In this document: positions 1 through 8,824 of the stretch, piece after piece
Position numbering within the stretch: position 1 is the first letter of the stretch
Layout of the letters: every line of letters begins with the position of its first letter
NCBI GenBank assembly: GCA_963768805.1
Contig: CAVYJI010000010.1
Location: 163,947-227,946 of the forward strand
DNA: 64,000 bases
Direction: 5' to 3'
From: an uncultured Bacteroidales bacterium
Lineage (GTDB): Bacteria > Bacteroidota > Bacteroidia > Bacteroidales > FEN-979
The notes under the pieces: model-generated
What the model was told of the DNA's origin: nothing
What the model saw: the letters and a program-made list of their open reading frames with translations, nothing else
Databases searched by the model: none
Translations under genes and position numbers: made by a program

Positions 1-70
1 TGACAGCAGGTGAATATTCAACAGGAGGAGTTCCTGAAGTCGGCGATGCTTTCTGAAGGACAGATTATTT

Positions 71-1420
71 ATGCTTAAAAGACCCGGTTCTGTCAACGGA
101 ATCTTATGGTTTTTTTATAAAACCAAAAGGAAAGTTCACACATTGCGAATTAATGGTACACTCTTCCATAAAACTCTAAACAAGGATCACCCGAGAATTA
201 TCTCTTCTTCATGGCTGAAGAGGTCACGAAAATTGAGAAGGAAACTCCGCCATGCTTTCTTTTTTTTTCGTATAAGAACACTAAAAAGGCTTAATCGGAT
301 AATCGATGCTGAAATAAAGAAATTAAAGGAAAGCCGGCCAGCATACCACCAGAAGTTAAATAACACAGGCATTCCTCAGATTATTCCCAGGGAGTCATCA
401 AACCTTACCATCCGGGAACGCATTCATCGTTCAATCAGAATTACGAGGTTTATTGTTAAAAGAAAGATCTGTACAAAACATTCACCATCTGCACCATCTG
501 ATAAAAAGAACCCTGATAAATTCCGCAAACTTCGTTATCTGTATCGCACAGGTAAACTGCTTAAGATCAAAGTCCCACCATTAAAAGAATTCATTACCGG
601 GAATTTCTTTTTTCCAGGGATAAAAAAATACCTTTTCATAGTACTTAATTCTACTTTTATTTTTCTTCTAGCCTATCTTCTTGTTTTCCTGCTAAAAGAA
701 ATGGCTGTCGTCATCGCAGCCAAGAGTTTTAATATAAAATCTGTGATGATGTACTATGATGTTGTGTTACTCATCCGCAGCAGGGACTGGACATTTGATG
801 CCGTTCAGGTTATTTGTAGCATCGGACCCTTGATCTCATTCATACTAACATTGGTTACTATTGTAGTCTTTGCCATTTCAAGCCATGAAAATTGGACAAT
901 CCGCCTCCTTTTCATGTGGATCTTTTTTCATGCTTTTACAATGTCTGTAGGAGAAATGATCTTTGGCATATTATTAAACCAGGGATTCGGATGGGTCTTG
1001 GCATATCTCTATTTTGACGACGCCACCAAAATGTTGATCGTGATAGGACTTTTAGTAGGGATGCTGGCTGGCGGTTTATTACTGTCGCGATTCATATTAC
1101 TGACAGGAAATATCTATTTCAATTTCATAAAAAAAACTAACAGGGGCAGGTTTCTCATGTCACAGATCTTTTTCCCCTTTTTAATTGGAATAGGAATAAT
1201 CGCACTTGTCAAACAACCGCTTGAAAATGCTTATGAATTGTTTGTCGAAGGCTCAATGTTCCTGATACTTCTTCCGGCTTTAATTCGTGCCCGCCTTTCA
1301 AAAGATCTATTCTTCGATGAAGAACCAAGAAAAATTCGTATCAAATGGGTCTGGATACTGATATCTCTTATTGCATGGGTACTCTTCAGGATTTATTTCT
1401 GGATAGGAGTCAGGTTATAG
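71..1420 (+). CDS. Hypothetical polytopic membrane protein with very basic N-terminal region (possible degenerate M50-like peptidase fold)
   Basis: 449-aa ORF. About 180 K/R-rich residues precede roughly 7-8 hydrophobic segments. LLKEMAVVIAA and SIGPLIS resemble the M50-like HExxH and AGP positions without the His residues. True start uncertain. Confidence 0.6.
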   Translation: MLKRPGSVNGILWFFYKTKRKVHTLRINGTLFHKTLNKDHPRIISSSWLKRSRKLRRKLRHAFFFFRIRTLKRLNRIIDAEIKKLKESRPAYHQKLNNTGIPQIIPRESSNLTIRERIHRSIRITRFIVKRKICTKHSPSAPSDKKNPDKFRKLRYLYRTGKLLKIKVPPLKEFITGNFFFPGIKKYLFIVLNSTFIFLLAYLLVFLLKEMAVVIAAKSFNIKSVMMYYDVVLLIRSRDWTFDAVQVICSIGPLISFILTLVTIVVFAISSHENWTIRLLFMWIFFHAFTMSVGEMIFGILLNQGFGWVLAYLYFDDATKMLIVIGLLVGMLAGGLLLSRFILLTGNIYFNFIKKTNRGRFLMSQIFFPFLIGIGIIALVKQPLENAYELFVEGSMFLILLPALIRARLSKDLFFDEEPRKIRIKWVWILISLIAWVLFRIYFWIGVRL

Positions 1421-1462
1421 AAATTATTAATGCATCTTAAAACGAAGGTCAGCTGATTCTTG

Positions 1463-3193
1463 TTATTGAATTACCAGTTTATTTTCATAAATGGTCTCTC
1501 CGGCATCCAGTCTCAATAAATAAATACCTTTTTGATTTTGAGTAAAGTCAACATTGAAAAGTGCCCTATTCCCTGTCCTGTTCACAGTTCCTGTTTGTAA
1601 TAATCTGCCTGTCATATCATATAATGAGAATGTAAAAGAATTGATCCCCGGATCAGGAATAAGCATGTTAACATTACCATCAGATGGGTTGGGGTAGATA
1701 AAATTGATAGTGGTTTGAGTTTTATTCGTAACCCCGTAGTTAAGTGGAACCATTCTGACATTCAACCTTGTAGTATTACGGTTGGTAACATTGACACCGC
1801 TGATAGTCTTCGGATAATACCCGCTGCATGTGAATGTCAATGTCCACGTACCTTGGATAATCGGCCTATAATACCATCCGTTGGAATCATTTGAATATTC
1901 CCAGGAATTGTCGATATCATGTCCGGTTATCATAATCTGGGCATTTAATGGTAAACCCTTAAGAGTATCAGTGACCTGCCCGTTGATTCCAAAAGAAGAT
2001 TCTTCTATATAATTTAAAAAGGACCTTTTGTCATAGTTCCAATAACTTATTAGTGAATCAGCGGGCATAATAAAAATATCGGATAGTTCAATAGTCACTT
2101 CCCGGCCATAATGAAAATAGGTGGTATAATCCTGTCGTCCTCCTTCTACCTGGTACCATGCATAGCCATCGGTAATTCCATTATCAAATCCGGCCATATA
2201 ACCTGAGAAGCTATACATCTGGGCGGTATCGGCAAATTCGTGACTCACGAACTGGAACCAGGCATCATCAGCATGAAGTTTGGCCCAGGTATCCCAGGGA
2301 TAATTCACCACTTCGTCTCCGGCATGGAAATTGGCAGACATTACAAAATGATGAATGGAATCATAATGCATAAATGCTTTGGTTTCATCCTGCCAGGAAA
2401 GTCCGTCAGGATGTGGTCCAGCCTGAGGATCAGGGAAATTCCTGTTCAGATCAACCCCATTGGCATTGTACCGCTGTGCCCCATAAACCGTGTTATTCCC
2501 TCCGGCATAGGTGCCGTCAGGATTTGCCAGCGGATTAATATAGATCTGATAATTGTTCAGAAGATTAGTGATCCGTGGAACTGAGCCATAGCCACTTAGC
2601 AATGAATCAATCAAATGTAGCATCAGGATATAACCAACGGTTTCATTCCCATGCATTGTTGAAGTATAAAAGAATTCAGGTTTCACCCGGTTTACATTGA
2701 CACTGTCACTTAATTTAACTCCAAGCAGGAGCCTTCCTTGTGTGGTGTACCCTAATGTATCAAGTCTGCAGATGGATGGATTATTTGATGCAAAGGCTTG
2801 CATATATCCAACATACTGATCATACGTGGGATAAAAGTTCCAGATGATCCCTGAATATGGTTTCTCCTGGGGGCCTCCCATATAAAGGTCCGATTCACTC
2901 ACTAAAGATACTGGAGAAGGCAATAGTTTATAGTCGTACCCAAGATCAAGAAAATGGTCAAATTCTTTCCTGTTGGCATATGCAAGTACCAGATTCCCCT
3001 TCACATTCTCAATTGAAATTATTTTTGTCAAAACCTGGATTTCAGCCCTCTCCGATATCTGAAAAGAAAAATAGATCTCTTTTTTATTCTTGAACAAATC
3101 ATCAAGGATTTTTTGCTTATTATTCTGAGCATAAGCAGCAGGAATAAACGTAAAGAATGAAATCATTATCAGGAAAAGAAAGTTTCTTTTCAT
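1463..3193 (-). CDS. M14 family zinc carboxypeptidase with T9SS C-terminal sorting domain
   Basis: Signal peptide; MHGNE, RYNANGVDLNRNF, NFHAG and TIELS motifs; C-terminal IYPNP...GIYLLRL...KLVIQ. Confidence 0.9.
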   Translation of the reverse strand: MKRNFLFLIMISFFTFIPAAYAQNNKQKILDDLFKNKKEIYFSFQISERAEIQVLTKIISIENVKGNLVLAYANRKEFDHFLDLGYDYKLLPSPVSLVSESDLYMGGPQEKPYSGIIWNFYPTYDQYVGYMQAFASNNPSICRLDTLGYTTQGRLLLGVKLSDSVNVNRVKPEFFYTSTMHGNETVGYILMLHLIDSLLSGYGSVPRITNLLNNYQIYINPLANPDGTYAGGNNTVYGAQRYNANGVDLNRNFPDPQAGPHPDGLSWQDETKAFMHYDSIHHFVMSANFHAGDEVVNYPWDTWAKLHADDAWFQFVSHEFADTAQMYSFSGYMAGFDNGITDGYAWYQVEGGRQDYTTYFHYGREVTIELSDIFIMPADSLISYWNYDKRSFLNYIEESSFGINGQVTDTLKGLPLNAQIMITGHDIDNSWEYSNDSNGWYYRPIIQGTWTLTFTCSGYYPKTISGVNVTNRNTTRLNVRMVPLNYGVTNKTQTTINFIYPNPSDGNVNMLIPDPGINSFTFSLYDMTGRLLQTGTVNRTGNRALFNVDFTQNQKGIYLLRLDAGETIYENKLVIQ

Positions 3194-4089
3194 TCTTTAT
3201 TAATTTGTTCAAGCTGTTTTTTAATGAGCTTATGTACATCTTTATTAACAGGAACCAGCGGCAAACGAACAATATCTTCACAAAGATTCATAAGGTTCAG
3301 TGCTGCTTTGATTCCGCCAGGACTGCCATCAAGGAATAGGGCATTAATAAGCTCAATGAGCTCAAAATGTATTTTACGTGCAAAAATGAAATCCCCATTC
3401 AGTCCCAACCTGACCATTTCTGAGAATTTTCCTGGAAAGGCATTTGCTACTACGGAGATAACGCCATCAGCTCCCGCCGCTAGCAAGGGTAAAGTGATAG
3501 AATCATCACCTGATATTACTAGAAAACCTTCCGGCCGATGTTTCAGCAAATGAAATATCTGATCAAAACTCCCGGATGCTTCTTTTATCCCGATTATATT
3601 CTTGAATTCGAGAGCAAGTCTCAGCGTTGTGGAAGCTGAAATGTTGCTGGAAGTTCGACTGGGCACCGTATATAAGATTACCGGTACAGGACTGGTTTCC
3701 GCGACGATTTTAAAATGCTGATAAATCCCCTCCTGTGTAGGCTTATTATAATATGGACAAACTGATAATATGGCATCAATATCCTTAAAAGGTGTTCCTT
3801 CAATTGAAAGGACGAGGTCAGAAGTATTATTTCCTCCCAATCCAAGAACTAGCGGAACCCGGTGATCAATTCGTTCAACTGCAAATTCGATCAGCGTCTT
3901 TTTTTCCAGTTTTGAAAGTGTTGAAGATTCCCCGGTGGTTCCAAGCAAAACGATATATTCCACTCCATTGGAGATAACATGGTTCAGAATCTTTTCAAAA
4001 GCAAGAAAATCAATGGCGTTTGATTTTGTGAAGGGGGTCACAATCGCAACACCAGTTCCACGTAATTTATCCTGGATTTTTTTCGTCAT
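3190..4089 (-). CDS. dapA: 4-hydroxy-tetrahydrodipicolinate synthase
   Basis: GVAIVTPF, GTTGES, PYYNKPTQEG, ILYTVPSRT and GIKEASG motifs. Confidence 0.95.
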   Translation of the reverse strand: MTKKIQDKLRGTGVAIVTPFTKSNAIDFLAFEKILNHVISNGVEYIVLLGTTGESSTLSKLEKKTLIEFAVERIDHRVPLVLGLGGNNTSDLVLSIEGTPFKDIDAILSVCPYYNKPTQEGIYQHFKIVAETSPVPVILYTVPSRTSSNISASTTLRLALEFKNIIGIKEASGSFDQIFHLLKHRPEGFLVISGDDSITLPLLAAGADGVISVVANAFPGKFSEMVRLGLNGDFIFARKIHFELIELINALFLDGSPGGIKAALNLMNLCEDIVRLPLVPVNKDVHKLIKKQLEQINKE

Positions 4090-4624
4090 TGTTTATAATC
4101 GTTAAATAATGTGTGATTTGCCTGATAAATTCAGAAACAGGAGTCGATGATTTAATATTAAGCATTATATCGTAACACGAAGTGCTGCCTTCTGAATAAC
4201 GGCCTATCCGGCACATTGACATGGAAAGTCCGGAAATGTACTTCAAAGGCAGACTGTCTTTCATATCCAGGTCAATCAAAAGATCAAAATCGTTTTTAAT
4301 GAAATCTATTAACTTCTGCTTAGCTGGCTTATAAAACCAATTTACATCATTCATTGAAAAAAAATCATACGATAATTTGGGCAGGAAACGACTGATAAGG
4401 TTCTTGTTCACAACAAATCCCAATGCCTTGACCTCTTTGCGATCATGCTGTAATTGGGTCACAAATTCAGAGATCAGATCATAATCAGTAACTGTGTCAA
4501 GATTATAAAGAATGCCGATTTTCTTTGCAACTCTAAGGTTTGTAAGTTTCCGGGTCCTGTTGATCTTTTTCATTTCTTTCCGAAAATAGTACAACCCAAT
4601 TAATGACCGGATCTTCCTTAACAT
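4067..4624 (-). CDS. Conserved Bacteroidota hypothetical protein upstream of dapA (DUF6913-like)
   Basis: 185-aa ORF with FDLLIDL motif; overlaps the dapA start; TATCTTTG promoter on the minus strand at 4657-4664. Confidence 0.7.
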   Translation of the reverse strand: MLRKIRSLIGLYYFRKEMKKINRTRKLTNLRVAKKIGILYNLDTVTDYDLISEFVTQLQHDRKEVKALGFVVNKNLISRFLPKLSYDFFSMNDVNWFYKPAKQKLIDFIKNDFDLLIDLDMKDSLPLKYISGLSMSMCRIGRYSEGSTSCYDIMLNIKSSTPVSEFIRQITHYLTIINNDEKNPG

Positions 4625-4862
4625 AAAAATTGTCTCATTGCTTCATTAATACTGAACAAAGATAACGTTTCCGCAGGACATATATTTGATAATTTACTTT
4701 TTTTAACAACAGTAAAATGTTAAAACCTGAAAAATTAAATTGTTTTCACATCAGGAGGCTGGGAATTGACTCCTCATCCGCCAGAAGTGGATTGAAGCGA
4801 TTTTCAACAAAAAGTAAAAGAGAAATAAAAGAGGCGTATATTTGCAAAAATTAAAAGGTTCA

Positions 4863-5939
4863 TTGAAAACACTTTCCATTGGAGATCTTAGGATCTCAAT
4901 TCCAATCATTCAAGGAGGTATGGGTGTAGGAGTTTCTTTATCAGGTCTTGCATCTGCAGTTGCGAATGAAGGAGGTGTCGGGGTTATTTCCAGTGCAGGA
5001 TTAGGACTTCTTTACCGTGACTTTTCCACAAATTTTCTTGAAGCCAGTATTTATGGATTGAAAGAAGAGATCAGGCTCGCACGAAAGCAAACGAAGGGAG
5101 TGATAGGAGTCAACATCATGGTTGCTATGTCGAATTTTGTCGATATGGTAAAAACTTCTATCTCAGAAAAGGTGGATATTATTTTTTCGGGGGCAGGCAT
5201 GCCCCTTGAATTGCCATCATTCTTAAAAAGAGACAGCATTACTAAGCTGGTTCCAATAGTGTCCTCCTCAAGGGCGGCAAAACTGATCTGTGAGAAATGG
5301 CAATCGCATTACGACTACCTTCCTGATGCTATCGTTGTCGAAGGACCAAAAGCAGGCGGGCACCTGGGCTTTAAAACAGAACAAATAGAGGATGAAAATT
5401 ACGCACTTGAGAAATTGATCCCCGATGTAGTGAAGGAAGTAAGCCATTTTGAAGAAAAATACAATCAGCAAATCCCTGTTATAGCTGCAGGTGGTATCTA
5501 TACCGGTGAAGATATATACGACATCATGAAGCTTGGTGCTTCCGGTGTTCAGATGGGAACGATCTTCGTTACCACTAATGAATGTGATGCTTCACAGAAC
5601 TTCAAACAGACCTATATCGACGCTAAAAAAGAAGATATCGGAATCATTAAAAGCCCTGTTGGTATGCCGGGACGCGCTATTTTCAATGATTTCCTTGAAA
5701 AGGTCAGACAGGGCAAGAAGCAACCCATCATATGCCCATTCAAATGCATCAAGACTTGTGAGGTGTCATCGAGCCCATATTGCATTATAACTGCTCTGAT
5801 CAATGCGGTGAAAGGCAATTTTAATTCCGGATATGCCTTTGCCGGTTCAAATGCCTTCAGGGCAACTTCAATAACTTCAGTAAAGGAGACCTTTGTAAAA
5901 CTTATAAATGAATTTAAAGAGAAGAAGGGTAAGGAATAG
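4863..5939 (+). CDS. Nitronate monooxygenase/FabK/FabX-family FMN oxidoreductase with C-terminal Cys cluster
   Basis: IIQGGMGVGVS, VVEGPKAGGHLG, PVIAAGGI and CPFKCIKTC...YCI. Start moved to TTG 4863 because a TATATTTG promoter (4837-4844) overlaps the upstream TTG at 4842. Confidence 0.85.
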   Translation: MKTLSIGDLRISIPIIQGGMGVGVSLSGLASAVANEGGVGVISSAGLGLLYRDFSTNFLEASIYGLKEEIRLARKQTKGVIGVNIMVAMSNFVDMVKTSISEKVDIIFSGAGMPLELPSFLKRDSITKLVPIVSSSRAAKLICEKWQSHYDYLPDAIVVEGPKAGGHLGFKTEQIEDENYALEKLIPDVVKEVSHFEEKYNQQIPVIAAGGIYTGEDIYDIMKLGASGVQMGTIFVTTNECDASQNFKQTYIDAKKEDIGIIKSPVGMPGRAIFNDFLEKVRQGKKQPIICPFKCIKTCEVSSSPYCIITALINAVKGNFNSGYAFAGSNAFRATSITSVKETFVKLINEFKEKKGKE

Positions 5940-5995
5940 CAAGAGATAGTTTCCTTTCGTACCTTTACCGGCACATTTAACCAATACATTTTTCA

Positions 5996-6760
5996 GTGTT
6001 ACTCACTTTTCTTGGAACTGGAACTTCACAAGGAATCCCTGTCATAGCATGCGATTGCAATGTTTGCCAGTCGACAGATCTTAAAGATAAGCGGCTGCGT
6101 TCGTCTGTGATCATTGAAACTGAAGGAAAATTTATAATCATCGACTGTGGTCCTGATTTTCGCCAGCAGATGTTGCGTGAAAACATCCGGTCAGCTGATG
6201 CAATCCTGATTACACATGCACATAAAGATCACATCGGTGGACTGGATGATGTAAGGGCATTCAATTATATTCTTCAGAAACCTGTTGATATTTATGCCTC
6301 AGGTGAGGTACAGAAGGCAATAAAAAGGGAATTTTCATATGCATTTGGCGAAGAAAAATATCCCGGAGTACCTGAGATCAACTTACATCTGATCGACAAC
6401 CATCAGTTTAATATATCCTCCTTAGCAGTCATCCCCATAAAAGTACTTCACTTCAAAGATCACTTTGTTTTCGGTTTCAGGATTGGCGATCTTACTTATA
6501 TCACCGATGCCGTCGAAATTCCTGAAGAAGAAATGAAAAAGATAGCTGGATCCCGCGTGATAGTGATCAATGCTTTAAGAAAGAAAAAACATTATTCGCA
6601 TTTTAACCTGCAAGAGGCGATCTCTATTCTTGAAAGATTAAAACCTGAGCGTGGATATCTAACACACATAAGCCACCAAATGGGCCGCCATGAAGACATG
6701 CAGAAAGAACTCCCTTCCTTTATCAGACTGGCTTACGATGGATTGAAAGTAGAACTTTAA
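5996..6760 (+). CDS. MBL-fold metallo-hydrolase (PhnP-like)
   Basis: LGTGTSQGIP, CDCNVC, THAHKDHIGG (HxHxDH) and THISH motifs. Confidence 0.9.
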   Translation: MLLTFLGTGTSQGIPVIACDCNVCQSTDLKDKRLRSSVIIETEGKFIIIDCGPDFRQQMLRENIRSADAILITHAHKDHIGGLDDVRAFNYILQKPVDIYASGEVQKAIKREFSYAFGEEKYPGVPEINLHLIDNHQFNISSLAVIPIKVLHFKDHFVFGFRIGDLTYITDAVEIPEEEMKKIAGSRVIVINALRKKKHYSHFNLQEAISILERLKPERGYLTHISHQMGRHEDMQKELPSFIRLAYDGLKVEL

Positions 6761-8391
6761 GTACTCTTCTTCCTGACCATCTTCAGTGTCAGAAGATTCA
6801 TCGGATCAGCATCCATCCCTTCAATATCATTCCCCACAAAACGCAATACCTGGTCATAATACAAAACTACGACAGGCGCATCATTCATCATCATCTCCTC
6901 CAGCCTGTGGTAATATTCAAAACGGACAGAATCGTTTATACATGCCATGGCTTTTTCAAAAAGTGCATCGAACTCTTTATTGTAAAAGTGCGTATAATTT
7001 GGTCCTTGAGGAGAGAAATTCTTGCCATAAAACAGGGAAAGATAATTTTCAGCATCGGGATAATCGGCGATCCAGGAACCCCGAAAAAAAGGCAGTTTTG
7101 CTTGCGCTTTCATTTCTTTTAGTGCAGCCGGCGGAGAAATATCAATTTTAATTTCAATACCGATTTCTCCTGTTTTATATTGAATGTATTTACAAATATC
7201 CAGGTAATCTGATGTGGTGGAAAGGGTTATCGGAGGCAGGCCACGACCGCCCGGGTACCCGGCTTCTTCAAGCAATCTCCTGGCCTTTTCAGGGTTATAA
7301 TCATAGTAAACTGATGTGGAATCGAAAGAAGGCATCCCTTTGGGAATTATCCCATTCAATCCAGGGATCCCAATATTATTCCGTAGAAAGTTTATCATTT
7401 TTCTCCGGTCAAATGAATAATTGATAGCCTGCCTGACCTGCTTGAACCTGAGAGGACTGTCTTTTCCTGACGCAGTAAAAGTATCAACTAGGAAACCCAG
7501 GTATTCGGTATTCAGGTATGGCTGGGCAATCAGTCTGAATTTCCCGTTGAATTCAGGTTTTAATTTACCATCCCTGGTAAGAAGGTTATCCTTGTATCCT
7601 GGATCTATTCCAGACATAAAATCCAATTTCCCATTTAAGAATTCAAGAAAAGCAGATTGTTTATCAGCCAGGAATGTAATTGCGATGGCATCAAGATATG
7701 GCAGTCTGTATCCATGATCAAATTCAAAATAGTTTGGGTTTCTGTCCAAAACAAGCTTGACACCTTCTTTCCAGATCTTGAATCTGAATGGGCCCGTGCC
7801 AACAGGATTCTTCCTGAAATCATTTCCGAACTTTTCAATAGCTTCATGCGGTACAACAGAACAATACAAGGTTGTTAATATCCCGAGAAAAGGCGGAAAT
7901 GGTTTTTGAAGCCGGATAATAAAAGTCGAATCATTAACATCGTAAAAGGAAAATCGTTCTTTGATCTTTTCTACATTGTTAAAAATCCAGGCTCCGGGCG
8001 ATGCGACCCTCTGATCTACTATGCGTGCAAAGCTAAAGACGACATCTGATGCAACCACCCTCCTGCCCTTTCCTCCTGAAAATACAGGTGAATCATGAAA
8101 ACAGACATCCTTTCTCAAATGAAAGATGTATTCCCTGCCATCCTTTGAAATTTCCCACGATTTTGCTAAACATGGCAAAATATCAAGGTGTGTTCCCAGT
8201 TGAACCAGACCATTAAAAATCTGGTGAGTAGCCCAGATATTTGCCTGATCGCGGGCATAAGCAGGATCCAGTGAGGTGATGTTTGCAGCCTCGTTATAAC
8301 GGAATACCGTTTTATCATGATCCAGGTCATTATGCACTGAACAACCCGTGATAATTAATAATGCAAAACAGGTAATAACGAATCTTTTCAT
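6757..8391 (-). CDS. ABC transporter family-5 (peptide/nickel) substrate-binding lipoprotein
   Basis: Lipobox (IITGC); SLDPA, LAKSWEIS, PVGTGPF, VRQAINY and WIADYPDAENYL motifs. Confidence 0.9.
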   Translation of the reverse strand: MKRFVITCFALLIITGCSVHNDLDHDKTVFRYNEAANITSLDPAYARDQANIWATHQIFNGLVQLGTHLDILPCLAKSWEISKDGREYIFHLRKDVCFHDSPVFSGGKGRRVVASDVVFSFARIVDQRVASPGAWIFNNVEKIKERFSFYDVNDSTFIIRLQKPFPPFLGILTTLYCSVVPHEAIEKFGNDFRKNPVGTGPFRFKIWKEGVKLVLDRNPNYFEFDHGYRLPYLDAIAITFLADKQSAFLEFLNGKLDFMSGIDPGYKDNLLTRDGKLKPEFNGKFRLIAQPYLNTEYLGFLVDTFTASGKDSPLRFKQVRQAINYSFDRRKMINFLRNNIGIPGLNGIIPKGMPSFDSTSVYYDYNPEKARRLLEEAGYPGGRGLPPITLSTTSDYLDICKYIQYKTGEIGIEIKIDISPPAALKEMKAQAKLPFFRGSWIADYPDAENYLSLFYGKNFSPQGPNYTHFYNKEFDALFEKAMACINDSVRFEYYHRLEEMMMNDAPVVVLYYDQVLRFVGNDIEGMDADPMNLLTLKMVRKKST

Positions 8392-8498
8392 CTTTAATCA
8401 ATCCCTGCAGTTCGACAAATGTAGGAATTTTAATCATTCCCTATCTTCTGCATTCATTAACGGGTATCTTGCATCCATCTTCATTTTCAATTAGTTAA

Positions 8499-8600
8499 CG
8501 ATCGTCCTTCCGTCTTGTCTTCAGTTGATCTATAATCAACCTTCGATCAACCTATACTCTCCCTTCTCTATCCAATATCGTACCCAAAATCAGTTTCGTT
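8499..8600. repeat. Degenerate 11-bp-period tandem repeat
   Basis: Units TCTTCAGTTGA, TCTATAATCAA, CCTTCGATCAA, CCTATACTCTC and CCTTCTCTATC start at 8518, 8529, 8540, 8551 and 8562. Confidence 0.55.
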
Positions 8601-8824
8601 CTCCTGGTCCAGGTAAAAAATGAAAGATTATTATCGTATGGTCTCAGCTTTTACTCTACAGACTACATTCCCACATCTTCCATATTGGGCTCTCATTATT
8701 GTATTATCATCTGCTATTGCAATATAATATTATTTTTGATTTTGGAAAAAAGTCAAACAAAATTCCTGTGACCCCACCTGATTTTAATGTAATTTTGTTC
8801 GTTAAAACCCTAACCTCCTTGAGA

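Noticed and set aside
1-96. Possible gene fragment at the window edge (+ frame ...TAGEYSTGGVPEVGDAF*, or a minus-strand ORF from TTG 96)
   Set aside because: Too short to decide frame or identity.
4750-4810. Three consecutive small hairpins upstream of the flavoprotein gene (possible riboswitch)
   Set aside because: They lie upstream of the probable TATATTTG promoter at 4837-4844, so they are unlikely to be in the mRNA leader. I recognise no riboswitch consensus, and one hairpin looks like a generic short palindrome.
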